DNA from: an uncultured Armatimonadetes bacterium
GTDB lineage: Bacteria > Armatimonadota > UBA5829 > DTJY01
DNA: 64,000 nt
Direction of reading: 5' to 3'
Assembly: GCA_963717145.1 (NCBI GenBank)
Contig: OY970325.1
Span: 1,216,001-1,280,000, forward strand
The notes beneath the pieces were generated by a model. It had not been told where the DNA came from, searched no databases, and saw nothing but the letters and a program-made list of their open reading frames with translations. The stretch's first letter is position 1. The number at the start of each line of letters is the position of its first letter. The translations under genes were made by a program, and so were the position numbers. This document shows positions 38,906-50,910 of the stretch, piece after piece.

Positions 38906-39896
38906 TCAGGCGCACGATTCCAACTCCTCCAGAACTAGTGTCACTCCGCCCAGGATGCCGGCGTCGTCACGGAGTTTGGACGGCACAACCTGGCAGACTT
39001 CGAGCGCCTCCGCGAGTGCGTTCGCTTTCACCGTCCGCATGATCGGGTCCCAAAGGACGAAACCGGCGCGGGCGATTCCGCCGCCGATTACGACCATCTC
39101 GGGGTTCAGCAGGTTGATCGCGTTGGCGACCCCTATCCCGATGTAATAGCCGGTCTCCTGCAGCACTTCCAGCGACAGATCATCGCCCTCGAAAGCCGCC
39201 TCCGCGATGATCGCCGGGGTCAGGGCATCAGGATTACCCTCCACTCTGTGGACGAGCTGACGTCTTTCGGCCCATCTGGATCTTGCGACGAGCGCGCTCT
39301 ATGATGCCTCCCTGGTTGGCTTCGGATTCGAGGTCACCATAGCGGCCACATCCACAGAGCCGGCCGTTCGGGTTGATGATCTGGTGGCCGATCTCCCCGG
39401 CACCTTCGTTCGCGCCCTTCCAGAGCTTGCCGTCGAGGATGATACCGCCGCCGATGCCGGTGCCGAGCGTCAGCATCACCATGCTGTTGACGCCGCTGCC
39501 CGCGCCGAACCGGAACTCCCCGAGCGCCGCGACATTGACGTCATTGCCCATGAAGACCGGTACGCCGAATGCGTCCCGGAACGGCTGGAGCAACTGCAGG
39601 CCGACCCAGTCCCGGAAGTTCGGCGACCAGAGGACGATGCCCTCACGTGATCTGTGACGACCGGGGACACCCATACCGATCCCACACAGATCCGACGCCT
39701 CCACCTTTGCGCCGTCCATCGCCTCGCGGATCGCGTCGATGATCTGCGGGATGCTCTCGTCAGGGCCGTCCATCGCCTTGGTGGGACGGTGACCCTCGCC
39801 GAGGATTCGGCCGTCCTTCTCGACGACGGAAGCCCGTGTGTTCGTTCCTCCGATGTCGACGCCGATTATGTATCGCTTCTGGGAATTCAGTTCCAA
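38906..39896 (-). CDS. ROK family glucokinase; frameshift near 39260
   Basis: GVDIGGT, NDVNVAALGE and GEIGH..CGCG motifs; C-terminus in a second frame. Confidence 0.85.
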
Positions 39897-39954
39897 GTCC
39901 GCACCTCGACCGATCGATTCCAGGCACAAGTATACTTAGCCGTCTTCAGCATTG

Positions 39955-40788
39955 TCAACTTGCCTTAGAGGGCTTCTTGTCGCCCTTCGTTGCCATCATG
40001 CCGCCCAGCGTGATCAGAAACACGCCGAAGGCGGCTCGAAGGATATCGCTCGGAAGACGCATGGCAAGCTCCGCGCCGATCAGTCCTCCGGACACCCCTC
40101 CGACCACAAGCCAAACCCCAACGTCCTTGCGCACATTGCCTTGACTCGCATGGATCATCGCTCCTGAGATGGAGACAGGTATGATGACGGCCAGGGAGAT
40201 TCCCTGAGCCAACTTCTGCGACAAGCCCATCAGGTAAACCATCGCCGGGATCATGATGATCCCCCCGCCGACTCCCATGAGGCCACTAAGTATCCCGGTG
40301 AAGACACCCACCCCGATCACCGCCAGCGCGCCGAGCCCGTGCGCTGAGATCAGATTCGTGTGGCCGTTGACAGGAGCCCCTCCGACCATAGCCGCGATCA
40401 CATCCCAGACCATCTTGCCGGCAATAAGCATCAGGAAGATGCCGAAGTAGCGGCGCAGATGCTTTCCGCTGATCTTGTTACATATCCTGGCCCCGATCAT
40501 AGCGCCGAAGACGCCGCCGACAGCCAACTCTACAGCGATGAGCCAGTCCATCTGACCATTGGCGGCGTACTTGACAGCGCCGAGCAGGACTATGAAGGTG
40601 ATAGCGGCAAGCGACGTGCCGTGCGCCTGATGCTGGCTGAGCCCGATGAGGTACACCATCGCCGGCACCATGATGAAGCCGCCGCCGACTCCAAGGAGTC
40701 CGCTCAATGTTCCAGCGCCGAGCCCTATGAGGACGATCGAGACCGCTCTCAGCCTCCGGATGGTCTGCTGCCTGCGTTCGGATTCCAG
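39955..40788 (-). CDS. TauE/SafE (TSUP) family transporter; start uncertain
   Basis: Duplicated SGLxGVGGG..VP and AHGTSL motifs. Confidence 0.85.
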   Translation of the reverse strand: MESERRQQTIRRLRAVSIVLIGLGAGTLSGLLGVGGGFIMVPAMVYLIGLSQHQAHGTSLAAITFIVLLGAVKYAANGQMDWLIAVELAVGGVFGAMIGARICNKISGKHLRRYFGIFLMLIAGKMVWDVIAAMVGGAPVNGHTNLISAHGLGALAVIGVGVFTGILSGLMGVGGGIIMIPAMVYLMGLSQKLAQGISLAVIIPVSISGAMIHASQGNVRKDVGVWLVVGGVSGGLIGAELAMRLPSDILRAAFGVFLITLGGMMATKGDKKPSKAS

Positions 40789-40892
40789 TGTCGTGCCGCC
40801 TTTCCGGTGTTGTCTCCACCCATTATAAAGGCTCGACCGGTTGCGAGGCAAGAGAAACAGCCGGCCAATCTCCGCAGCAGGAGCTTTCCGGA

Positions 40893-40993
40893 ACCCTCAC
40901 CCCCGACCCCTCTCCCTCAGAAGGGCGAGGGGAGCACAATGCGGCGGACCACTCCCCTCGCCCTTCTGAGGGAGAGGGGTCGGGGGTGAGGGT
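40893..40993. repeat. REP-like palindrome (CCCTCACCCCCGACCCCTCTCCC family)
   Basis: Perfect ~41-bp inverted arms. Confidence 0.85.
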
Positions 40994-41008
40994 CTCCGGG
41001 GAACTTCT

Positions 41009-42121
41009 CTACGAACCAAGGGATGCCAGGAGTTCCTCATTGCTCGAGGAGTTCCCGACGAGCCTGAGGAGAGCCTTCATGGCATCGACCGGAGGGATGT
41101 CGTAGAGGATCCGACGGAGCTTGTGGCGCTGTTCCAGGCGGTCGCCGAGGATCAACTCTTCGTTTCGCGTGCCCGATGGCTTGATGTCGATCGCCGGGTA
41201 GATCCGCGACTCGGCGATCTCCCTGCGGAGGACGATCTCGCAGTTGCCCGTGCCCTTGAAGTCCTCGTAGATGAAGTCGTCCATCCGCGAGTTGGTCTCG
41301 ACGAGCGCTGTTGCGATAATAGTGATCGATCCGGCTTCCTCGGATTGCCGAGCGGCGCCGAAGATGCGCCTCGGCCACTCGAGCGCTCGGGAGTCCACAC
41401 CGCCGGAGAGCGTCCGTCCGCCGCCGGTCTGCATCAGGTTCGAGGATCGCCCCAGACGCGTAAGCGAATCGAGCAGGAGCATCACATCCGCTCCCGCCTC
41501 GGCCCAGCGCTTGGCATAATCGAGCGCCAGTTTCGCCAGCCGGACGTGGTCTTCGACATCCTGATCGCTCGAACTGGCGAAAACCTGCCCCTTCACCGCG
41601 CGGACCATCTCCGTGACCTCCTCAGGCCGCTCGTCGAGAAGCAGGACGACGAGTTGCATCTCCGGATGGTTTGTCGAGACGGCTTCCGCCATCTGCGTGA
41701 TCAGGCGGGTCTTTCCCGCTCGTGGAGGCGAAACTATGAGCGCCCTCTGCCCCTTGCCGATGGGGGCGATGAGGTCGATGATCCGCATCGAGGGGTTGCC
41801 CGCACCGGGTTCGAGGACAACCTGCTCGTGCGGGTGGATCGGCGTCAGGGAATCGAAGTCCCCCACCCGCTTCCAATCGTCGACCGATAGGCCGTTGACC
41901 GTCCGGATGGAGGTGAGATGCAGTCCCTTATCTCCCGGCTCGCATACCCCCTCGACGACTGCCCCGTTTCGGAGGCGATTGGTGAGGCTGACCGACGGTA
42001 GGATGAACGCATCGTCCCGGCTCGGCTTCATCTCAGTGGAAAACGCGCGGAGGAATCCCGTCCGCCCGTCCGCCGTATCGAACACCCCTTTACATTCCGC
42101 CAAATTCGGACTCCTACTCAT
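41009..42121 (-). CDS. rho: short transcription termination factor Rho
   Basis: PIGKGQR, PPRAGKT, DERPEEVT, DSLTRL and FKGTGN motifs. Confidence 0.85.
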   Translation of the reverse strand: MSRSPNLAECKGVFDTADGRTGFLRAFSTEMKPSRDDAFILPSVSLTNRLRNGAVVEGVCEPGDKGLHLTSIRTVNGLSVDDWKRVGDFDSLTPIHPHEQVVLEPGAGNPSMRIIDLIAPIGKGQRALIVSPPRAGKTRLITQMAEAVSTNHPEMQLVVLLLDERPEEVTEMVRAVKGQVFASSSDQDVEDHVRLAKLALDYAKRWAEAGADVMLLLDSLTRLGRSSNLMQTGGGRTLSGGVDSRALEWPRRIFGAARQSEEAGSITIIATALVETNSRMDDFIYEDFKGTGNCEIVLRREIAESRIYPAIDIKPSGTRNEELILGDRLEQRHKLRRILYDIPPVDAMKALLRLVGNSSSNEELLASLGS

Positions 42122-42193
42122 AATCGTACTCGTAATCGTACTCGCAACCGTGGGAAGTCCGAGTACGATTACGATTAGGAGTACGAGTACGAG
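42112..42193. repeat. hexamer-based inverted repeat (CTCGTA/ATCGTA units)
   Basis: TAATCGTACTCGTAATCGTACTCG ... CGAGTACGATTACGATTAGGAGTACGAG. Confidence 0.75.
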
Positions 42194-42196
42194 ATG

Positions 42197-43045
42197 TCAA
42201 AGCGATCTGCTGATCCGCGCCATGACCTCATCCGCGAACCGCTTGATGTGATCCTGGACGAATCCCTTGATGTCCAGCGATGGGTCCTCGATCAGCGGCG
42301 TGAGGTTCATCGCGAAGTTGAGCTGATTCGTGTCATCCACGCCGTGAGACGCGAAGTAGGTTGCGTGGGCTCTGCGTCGGCCGATCGTCGCCAGGTCATA
42401 TCTTTTACCGCCGCATATCTGTGAGTCAAACACGCCCAGGAGCGCGTTCGCCAGGTTCTCATGACCGGCGCAGTCGAGCCCGACCTTGTCATCGTCAATC
42501 ATCCAGTCGAGGTCGCGCCATACCTCGCATCCGAGGAGCGTCTGAGGCCGAACATCGGCGGGAAGCTCCCTCAGCGCCTGGATGGTCTTCATCGTGACAG
42601 CCACATGTGTATCATGCTTGTCGGCGAGGTTGTGCGTGTAGATCACCTCGGGCCGTGCAGCTAGCACGAGATTCTTAATGTCCTCGATGACAGCGGTATT
42701 GCCCGCATCTTTGACCGATGAACTCGGGTAGTCGAGCATCGCCTGGAATCCGTACTCGCCGATATACGCAGCCTTCTTCTGCTCGGCGCGTCGGACGTTC
42801 TGCATCATGTCGTCGGTATAGTCGGCATAGAGGTCGTCCCTGGGGCTGCCCGCGCCGTTGGTGACCACGACTCCGCCGAACCATCTGTCATCGAGGCCGA
42901 AGCAGTTCAGGACGCCGTGGTATGCCATGATCTCGATGTCATCCTGGTGAGTCGCGAGGGCCATGTGCGTGGTGCGGCTCAGGGCCTCACTCTCAGGCTT
43001 GCCGTCAGGGATGAACATCCCCGCCGTGTCTATGTTGAACTTCAT
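42197..43045 (-). CDS. PIG-L/LmbE family deacetylase
   Basis: HQDDIE, TNGAGS, RRAEQ and THNLADKHDTH motifs. Confidence 0.85.
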   Translation of the reverse strand: MKFNIDTAGMFIPDGKPESEALSRTTHMALATHQDDIEIMAYHGVLNCFGLDDRWFGGVVVTNGAGSPRDDLYADYTDDMMQNVRRAEQKKAAYIGEYGFQAMLDYPSSSVKDAGNTAVIEDIKNLVLAARPEVIYTHNLADKHDTHVAVTMKTIQALRELPADVRPQTLLGCEVWRDLDWMIDDDKVGLDCAGHENLANALLGVFDSQICGGKRYDLATIGRRRAHATYFASHGVDDTNQLNFAMNLTPLIEDPSLDIKGFVQDHIKRFADEVMARISRSL

Positions 43046-43064
43046 ATCGATCCTCCAGATTTCG

Positions 43065-43149
43065 GTCAACGGATATGGAAACGGATGAACAGATGAGCTA
43101 TGGGGTAGAGCCAGGCCTATCCGTTTATCCGTTTGATATCCGTTGACCG
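43065..43149. repeat. ACGGAT/ATCCGT-type intergenic palindrome
   Basis: GGTCAACGGATAT...ATATCCGTTGACC with internal repeats. Confidence 0.65.
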
Positions 43150-43150
43150 T

Positions 43151-44560
43151 TCACTTGATCTCCGGCAGGCTGGCCGCGGCGACCGCCTGGCCGACTCTCC
43201 GCGACTTCTCGTCCGGAAGGTTGATCTTGAGCTTCTTCGCGAGGTCCGGGAACTCGGTATCGAGCACTTCCTGCGCCTTCGCGATGATGATATCACCGCC
43301 GTCGCCTGAGGTCACTCGCCCGAGGATCAGGACGTGATGGACGTCGTAGAAATCCGCGTAATGGGCGACCGCGTATCCGACGTAGACGCCGATGGTGTTC
43401 CAGATATCGATCGCGCGCTTGTCGCCCGCATGCATCAGATCCTGCACCGACTTGAGGCGGTCGGCGAGATCCGCCTTCTCATCGAGATGAATGTCAACCG
43501 TGGGAGCGAGGCGGAAGACAGCCTGCTGAGACATGAACTGAACACCGCAGCCGTCGTCGCCGGACCACTCGTCCTTCGGCGCGTTCACTCGGTAGTCCAT
43601 CGGGCAGAAAGCCAGTTCGTTCAGCCAGCCGGTGATGTTTCCGTTCGGATCGACGTATCCGGCAGCCTCCGATGAGCCCATCGCAACGCCGAGGATCGCG
43701 TTCTCCCCAAGCGACATGGCGCCGGCAAGTGCAGTCACATCACCATCGTTGACGACAACCATCGGCACTCCCCACTCCTTGCCGAGATCGACGAACATCT
43801 CCCTGATCTTGCCGTACCGCTCCTTGGGAATGCCTCGGAAGAGTGAGGCAACCATCGGGCGATTGTTCATGATCACGCCGGCCGAACTCCCGCCGATCGC
43901 ATCCACGCGGGGCATCTTCGACGCCGCCGTCTTGAGCGCGGCGTTGACCTCAGCATAATGATACGCGGGATCGGTGTTGTCGCGCGGATTCCAGTTGACC
44001 TCTTCGGTATAGATCGGCTCGCCGTTGACGACGGCGGAAACCTTACGGTCGCTCGCGCCGAGGTCGAACCCGATGCGGTATCCCTCGAGATGCCGTCCGA
44101 TGCTCGCGCCAACCTCATGCGCGGGGGCCACCTTGTCAGCATCGGTGATCACGACGGTGAAATCCTTCTCGCTGACCGACTGGCCGTGGAAATTGTAGTC
44201 GAACTCGCGCTCGCCGCTCGGTGAGTAGACCCGCGTGATGTACTCGCCGATCTCCTTCGGACCGCCGATGGAGACCTTCCAGCCGCCCTTCATCCACAGC
44301 AGGAATTTCACCAGCCGTTCGATGTATGGGTAGTTCATCCCCACGTCCGGATGGTCAGCGGGAAGCACGGCGGTCTCGAAGCGGGAGGTCGTGCCGTTGG
44401 CGCGCTCGAGGCCAATGACGAGCGGCACAGGATTGCCCGACTCCGCGACCAGCCTGCGGAATGCTTTGTTGGCAAGGACCGCCGGTCGGAATCCCTGGTC
44501 CAGCACGGGTATGATCTTCGGTTTCGCGAGGTTGGCGAGTTTGCCCAAGTCGTTGCTCAT
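43151..44560 (-). CDS. extended ROK family protein (sugar kinase-like)
   Basis: GFDLGASDRK, NDGDVTALAG and GWLNELAF motifs. Confidence 0.75.
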   Translation of the reverse strand: MSNDLGKLANLAKPKIIPVLDQGFRPAVLANKAFRRLVAESGNPVPLVIGLERANGTTSRFETAVLPADHPDVGMNYPYIERLVKFLLWMKGGWKVSIGGPKEIGEYITRVYSPSGEREFDYNFHGQSVSEKDFTVVITDADKVAPAHEVGASIGRHLEGYRIGFDLGASDRKVSAVVNGEPIYTEEVNWNPRDNTDPAYHYAEVNAALKTAASKMPRVDAIGGSSAGVIMNNRPMVASLFRGIPKERYGKIREMFVDLGKEWGVPMVVVNDGDVTALAGAMSLGENAILGVAMGSSEAAGYVDPNGNITGWLNELAFCPMDYRVNAPKDEWSGDDGCGVQFMSQQAVFRLAPTVDIHLDEKADLADRLKSVQDLMHAGDKRAIDIWNTIGVYVGYAVAHYADFYDVHHVLILGRVTSGDGGDIIIAKAQEVLDTEFPDLAKKLKINLPDEKSRRVGQAVAAASLPEIK

Positions 44561-44766
44561 TCACTTCTCCTCTATCGTGTTATGCGCTCTGCGTTCACTT
44601 GGGGGGCGCTTAGGCAGCATGTAAACGTATGCATCAGCATTCTAAGCCCGTTAGCGCCGCAATGTCAAGCCGAGGAGCACGGCGGCACGTTCCCTACATG
44701 TGTGTCCAGATGCGTTCGCCCTGGCCTGAGGAGGTCTAAGGTGTCGGTTCGGAGTAAGAGTAGAGT

Positions 44767-46118
44767 ATGAACAAGATTCTTCTGGCGGCACTGCTCCTGC
44801 TTGCTATCGGGCAGATGGCGGAAGGAGCGGAGAAGGTGTTTCTGGCGGTGAAGCGATCGATCTTCGTGGACAACGTGTGGGCCGGATGCCCAGTGGGTTA
44901 CGCGGCGACTGTCCGCAACGGCAGGCAGTACGTGGCCTACTATGATGCCGACCGGCAGATGACGATCGCCTGTCGGTCGCTGGATTCCGAGACATGGCAG
45001 TTCAAGAAGCTCGACGATCAGGTCGGCTGGGACTCGCATAACTACGTCACGCTCGCCTTCGATTCCGAGGGTTACATCCACGTGTCCGGCAACATGCACT
45101 GCGTCCCCCTTCGCTACTATCGGAGCACGAAGCCGGAGGATATCGACTCGATCGTCGGCGTCCACAGGATGACCGGCGAACTCGAGGCCAGGGCGACATA
45201 CCCTCGATTCTACACCGGCCCGAGCGGCGAGTTCCTGTTCACCTATCGGGACGGCGGCTCGGGGAACGGTAACAACATCGTGAACGCGTATGACGTCAGG
45301 ACACGGACGTGGAAGCGCTATTCCGACAAGCCGCTGTTCGACGGCGAGGGCGAGCGGAACGCATATCAGGCCGGTCCCGCGCGCGACAAGAACGGCATCT
45401 ACCACCTCGCGTGGGTGTGGCGCGACACCCCCGATTGCGCGACCAACCATGACGTCTCATACGCCCAGAGCCCTGACCTCAACCATTGGAGGAGCAGCGA
45501 CGGCACGCCGGTTGCACTCCCACTCACTTTGGAGAACGCCGAGATCATCGACCGAGTCCAGATCCACGGGGGGCTGATGAACTCCGAACGGCTCTCATTC
45601 GACGCTGAGGGTCGTCCGATGGTGAGCTATATCAAGTTCGATCCCAAGGGCAGGACGCAGATATACACCATGCGCCTCGAGGAGCGCGGCTGGAAGAGAT
45701 ATCAGACGACCGACTGGGCCGACCGCTGGGATTTCAGCGGTGGCGGGTCGATCGACGGCATGATTGGCTTCTCCGGGCCGAGTCCCTGGGATGAAACCGG
45801 CAAGCTCTATCAGAGCTTCACGAACAGGTTCATCGCGCCGTATTCGCAGATCCGTTCCTCGACCCGGCAACACTTCAACAGATCGGCGAGACGATGCGCA
45901 TCTACCCCGCGAGCCTCGAGACGCCGACACAAAGCGAGGGATGGCAGGCGAACATCGGCGGAGTGAGCGTGGAGGCGATCCGACGCGGACAGAGCTGCCT
46001 CGCGATCCGGTGGGAGACTCTGCGCTCGAATCGTGACCAGCCGAGGGACGAGGTCCCGCCGCCCTCGAAGCTGGAGATCGTGGAACTCGTGGCGGCGGCC
46101 GCCGCTGCTGCTGAGTAA
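44767..46118 (+). CDS. secreted BNR-repeat (BNR_4-like) protein; frameshifts near 45860-45900
   Basis: DSHNY, SGNMH, TYPRF, YRDGGSGNG and WRDTPD..TNHD motifs. Confidence 0.75.
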
Positions 46119-46139
46119 CAACCGCAGGGAGGTATCCTC

Positions 46140-48726
46140 GTGAGACTGCTGATTATCTGTATCGCGATCCTGATGGCGGCCGGCGCATGTTCGGCCGGCG
46201 AATGGCATCCCAAGATCACGCCAATCGACGAGGTGGAGTTCAACTGGCCGCCGCCGATGGAGGTCGGCCAGGGGGACTACTTCACGATCGCCCGTGACGG
46301 AACGACCAAGTGCGCGATCGTCATCCCGGCAAGTCCGACTGCGCAGGAGGAGAAGTTGGCGGGGATGCTGGCGACGTATCTGGGCATCGTGACCGGTGGG
46401 ACATTTGAAGTCATGCGCGAACCGTTTTCCGGCGGACCGGCGATCTATGTCGGCAACACGACGGTCGGCCTCAGAGTCGCGATGGATTTCCCTCCGGTCA
46501 AGTACCCATCGCTCAGCCTCCCGAACCTGCATGCCTTCATGATCAAGACGGTCGATCCGAACACCCTGGTCATTCGGGGCGCGACCACGTACCCGGTCGC
46601 ACACGCGGTCTCATCGTTCCTGCGCCGGATCGTGGGCGTCGAGCGCTACTGGCCGACCGAGCCCGGCGGATTCGGCGACGTCTATACCCCCAAGCCGACG
46701 CTCACCGTGCCCGAGATGACGTGGACGGACTGGCCGTATCTCATCAGCCGGCATGTCGGCTTCCCCGGGAAGGGATGGGATCTCACGCACGAGGACGAGT
46801 ACCCGAACATGTTCCTATGGTACCGTTGCGCCACGACGCTCTCCATGATGCACAACTTCTTCGAGCTGATCTCGCCGGCGGAGTTCGGCCAGGCGCATCC
46901 CGAGTACTTCCCTGAGATCAACGGGCAGCGGATCGTCCCCACGAAGCAGATCCACTGGCAGCCGTGCATCAGCAACCCGGAGGTCGTCGATATCTGCGCG
47001 CGGAAGATCATCGCCGCCTTCGACAAGGATCCCTTGCGGATTTGCCACGCGTTGGCGGTCAATGACGGCGGAGGCCACTGTGAGTGCGCCGACTGCAAGG
47101 CGATGGATTCACCCGAGGCCGATTCTAACACGACGCAGCTCACCGACCGATATGTGAAGTTCATGAACGCGGTCGCCACCCAGGTCGCGGTCAAGCATCC
47201 CGACCGCCTGATCGGGTTCCTCTCCTACGGCGCGGTCAGGATGCCGCCGGTGACGGTCAAGCTCCACCCGAACCTCGTGCCGTACTACTGTGCGATGGCC
47301 CGCGGCCTCTATGACGGATGGGACGAGTGGATGGCAGCCGGTGCGAAGAACATGGGGCATTACGGATACCACGACGACCGCTGGTTCACGATCCCGAAGA
47401 TCAACCCGCACCAGGAGGCCGAGCGCATCAGGTACATGGTCGGCAGCGGTGTTCAGCGCGGTTACTACAAGGAGTTCAACCCGACCTACCCATTCGATGC
47501 CCATGCGGCGATCGTCTGCGCCGCCCTGCAGTGGGACCCGCGGCTCGACGAGGACAGGATCATCGGCAAGTACTACGACGACATGTTCGCCGAGTCGTCG
47601 AAGGAGATGCGGTCGTTCTACGAGACGCTCGAGAGGGACTACGAGTCGTGGCTGAAGGAGACCGCGCCGCCGCACCCATATGGCTTCGACCGGAGCGACC
47701 TCGATCTCGATCATCACTACGAGCAGTACCAGGTGCTGACCGCGAAGGGCGCGGACAAGGCATGGGAATCGCTTCTCAGGGCGGAGTCGCGGGCGACCGA
47801 TACGAAGGTGAAGCGGCGGATCGGCATCGTGAAGGCGCTGTTCGACTTCACCAGGCAGTGCACTCACGAGTATTGGCTGACCAAGTCGCTGCCGGAATGC
47901 AGGAGCGCATCCGAGGCCGAGAAGCAGGCGCGTCAGGCTCTCTGGTTCGCTCGCAGTAAGGCCGAGTACAAGGCCAAGGTGATGGAGAGCCCCGAGATCA
48001 AGCCCTGGCACATGACCACCCGTGAGCCGTACGATCAGATCAAGGCCGGCGTGATCCCGATCGAGGTCTACATGGCGATCGACGATGGATTCCGTGCCGC
48101 CTACCAGTCCGAGCCGACGGACCCCGCCTGGGAGCAATTGGCCGAGGATGCCGATCCGGTGATCGCTCAGGCCGCTCAGTCGGTACTTGAATCCGACGCA
48201 GATATGCCGAACTTGGCGGAGGATCCCGGATTCGAGGCTCAGATCAAGCCCGAACTCAGGCACGACGAGCCGAAGCAGGGCTCTCTGATCATTACGAAGG
48301 ATCAGCCGCACAACGGCGAGTACTGCGGGATGCTCTATGACTGCAAGTCCACTAGCCTGGTGAAGAGCATCCCGGCTGGAACCCGGCGAGAAGTATACGA
48401 TCTCAGTCTGGATGCGCTCGTTTGAGTACCCCGGACCGTTCGATGTCCCGGGCCTCTACGGGATCCGTGTCAATGCGATGCAGGGCGACAAGGTCGCGAA
48501 CTGGGTGCGCGTGAAGTCGGAAGTGACCGGCGAGTGGCAGCAGTACTCGTTGACCTACACCACTCCGGCTGGCGCCGACAGGATCGACGTGCTCGTGCAG
48601 TGCATGCGCCAGCACGCGAAGGCCCGGCTCTGGATCGACGACATCTGGGTCGTACGCGTCCCGGTCGATCCGCTCGATCTCAGCATCGCAGGACCGACGG
48701 CATCACCGGAAGGGCCGCCGGAATAG
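46140..48726 (+). CDS. DUF4838-like putative glycoside hydrolase with a C-terminal CBM-like domain; frameshift near 48385
   Basis: HPEYF, QPCISNP, NDG..HCEC..C and F.N.VA motifs; C-terminal W..YSLTY..P and WIDD. Confidence 0.7.
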
Positions 48727-48782
48727 TGCGGCTCCGACAGACGTTGACCGCCAGTCATACCGGAGAACCGAGGAGGAGTCTC

Positions 48783-49238
48783 ATGAACACAGGTCTCGCA
48801 CGCTTCGTTGCAGTCCTGGTCAGCGCCATAGCGGTGGTCGTTCTGCGCAGAGCGCTCGGCATGGCGGTAGGACGAGAGGGAGTTGACTTCATCCTGCGAC
48901 TGGCCAACGGTCCGTTGTATAGTTCAATCGTCTTCCTGGCTGTTCCGTCTGCCGTGGTAGGCGTTCTGGCCAGCAGGTGGCTAGGCAACCGTCCGTTGCT
49001 GTACGGCAGTCTCATTGGCATAAGCGTATACCTGATCTTGCTCGCAATCGGATCGAATCGCATTGTCGTCCAGAGGTGTACATTCGGCGGCGGCCCAACG
49101 ATACCACTCCCAGTCAGCACGGGCATGGTTATCGAAGCCTACCTGAAGTTTCTGCCTCAGCAACTGCTTCCCCTGATCATAGGCTCATCCCTGGGACTGT
49201 GGCTGGGTGCACTGATCGCCAAGAGACCTCACGGCTGA
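48783..49238 (+). CDS. hypothetical membrane protein
   Basis: Four hydrophobic segments; GAGGAG RBS. Confidence 0.55.
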   Translation: MNTGLARFVAVLVSAIAVVVLRRALGMAVGREGVDFILRLANGPLYSSIVFLAVPSAVVGVLASRWLGNRPLLYGSLIGISVYLILLAIGSNRIVVQRCTFGGGPTIPLPVSTGMVIEAYLKFLPQQLLPLIIGSSLGLWLGALIAKRPHG

Positions 49239-49327
49239 TCAGGGCATCATTCACACTTCGCCTGAACATTACCCCGCCTCCACCAGTCAAACAAGCAAGA
49301 ATCAGCACTTGATCTGTGGAGGCCAAG

Positions 49328-50464
49328 ATGGCGCAGTTGAAGTGGTATTCGTTCAGGTGGAAGACGGGAGCGATCGCCCTCGGGCTGGGGTTACTGTGCT
49401 GGTACTTCCTTATGGGGAGGTACATGCACCCTGTCGGACGCGGGCCCGCCGGTCCTCCGGTCTCTGCTCGGGAGTTTCACCATCCGTGGTCCACAGACAA
49501 GACCGTCCTCCTCGGGCTGGGCGACAGCGTCACGGACGGCTATGGAGCGACCAAGGGACACGCGTACTTCGACCTCCTCGTAAGGAATGACGACGCGGGA
49601 TACCCCGACATGGCTGGTCGCGACCTCAGTCATGTGCTCCCGTCACTCGAAGTGGTCAACGGCTCTGTCTCCTGCTCAACATCTGATGAACACCTCCGAA
49701 GCCAGGTGGGCTACCTCCGGAAGTTCCCAAAGGACGTCAGAGGCATTGTCGTCATCACGACCGGCGGCAACGATCTGATCCATGATTACGGACGCTCGAC
49801 GCCGAGAGACGGAGCCATGTACGGCTGCACGGCAGAGCAGGCGTCCGAGTGGAAAGAATCATTTCGCAAACGACTAAGAGGCATCATCGAGGGCGTCAAC
49901 AAGCGGTTTCCCTGCGGCTGCCATATCTTCCTGGCGACCATCTACGACCCGACCGACGGTGTCGGCGACATCCAAAATGGCTTCATCATGCTTCCGAAGT
50001 GGCAGGATGGGCTGAGGGCGCACGGGATGTTCAACAACGTGATCGCTGAGGAATGCGAACGGCATTCGAACGTGCACCTGGTCGATATCCATTCGGCGAT
50101 GCTGGGACATGGCATCCACTGCCGGGATAGACGAAATCCCCACTACCGTCCGGACGATCCGCACTACTGGTACTACAACAACCTCGAAGACCCGAACGAG
50201 CGCGGATACGACGCCATCCGCCGGATCTTTCTGCTCAAGATGATCGAGGTGCTGGAACAGAATACCGGCAACCATCCTTCGCACCCCGTAGGGAACGGCC
50301 GCCGTGTTGTTCCGTGGTCGTGGGTACGTACCATCTCAGCACCAAACCGGGTCACCCTCGGCAAGCTCGGCATCAATGGCCGGCCGATCGCTGGTGATAC
50401 TCGTGATGGGGAATCCGCAGTTCACAGGCGCAGGTGCGGATCCGGGATGTCCTTTTCGGCCTGA
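49328..50464 (+). CDS. SGNH/GDSL hydrolase
   Basis: LGDSVTDG, GGNDL and EDPNERGY motifs; C-terminal extension uncertain. Confidence 0.75.
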   Translation: MAQLKWYSFRWKTGAIALGLGLLCWYFLMGRYMHPVGRGPAGPPVSAREFHHPWSTDKTVLLGLGDSVTDGYGATKGHAYFDLLVRNDDAGYPDMAGRDLSHVLPSLEVVNGSVSCSTSDEHLRSQVGYLRKFPKDVRGIVVITTGGNDLIHDYGRSTPRDGAMYGCTAEQASEWKESFRKRLRGIIEGVNKRFPCGCHIFLATIYDPTDGVGDIQNGFIMLPKWQDGLRAHGMFNNVIAEECERHSNVHLVDIHSAMLGHGIHCRDRRNPHYRPDDPHYWYYNNLEDPNERGYDAIRRIFLLKMIEVLEQNTGNHPSHPVGNGRRVVPWSWVRTISAPNRVTLGKLGINGRPIAGDTRDGESAVHRRRCGSGMSFSA

Positions 50465-50910
50465 TACGTCTGGTATAGCGAACCAAAGAGGAAAGCGAGC
50501 CCCCCCAGGAAGACGAGGAAGCCGAAGCCGCGAAGGATCCTGGCCCGGGTGTCCATTATCTGAAAGAAGCCCAGACGTGGCGCTACATTCGGCCAACGCT
50601 TCCGGATCGCCTCACCGTACTCGCCCGGCGACCCCGGCGCGAGGTAGTCTCGAACCGATACTATTTCGCGGACATCTCCCGTCAGAACATGATACTTGCG
50701 CGCCATCTGCGTGAGTTCCTGGGAAGACGGCTCGCCCTTGGAGGCCCTGTACGGCACTGGGGCAATCTCGCCGGAACGTGGGTCGGCTCTCTGCTCGTAC
50801 CATCGGGTCGAGAGCCACCATGAAGACGGTGTCACGCTTGGCAGCACCTCCAGGACCAAAGCGACACAAATGAGCCCTATGCCAAGTCGGAGCATCTTGC
50901 GAGCATTCAT
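50422..50910 (-). CDS. hypothetical membrane protein
   Basis: N- and C-terminal TM segments. Confidence 0.45.
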   Translation of the reverse strand: MNARKMLRLGIGLICVALVLEVLPSVTPSSWWLSTRWYEQRADPRSGEIAPVPYRASKGEPSSQELTQMARKYHVLTGDVREIVSVRDYLAPGSPGEYGEAIRKRWPNVAPRLGFFQIMDTRARILRGFGFLVFLGGLAFLFGSLYQTYQAEKDIPDPHLRL

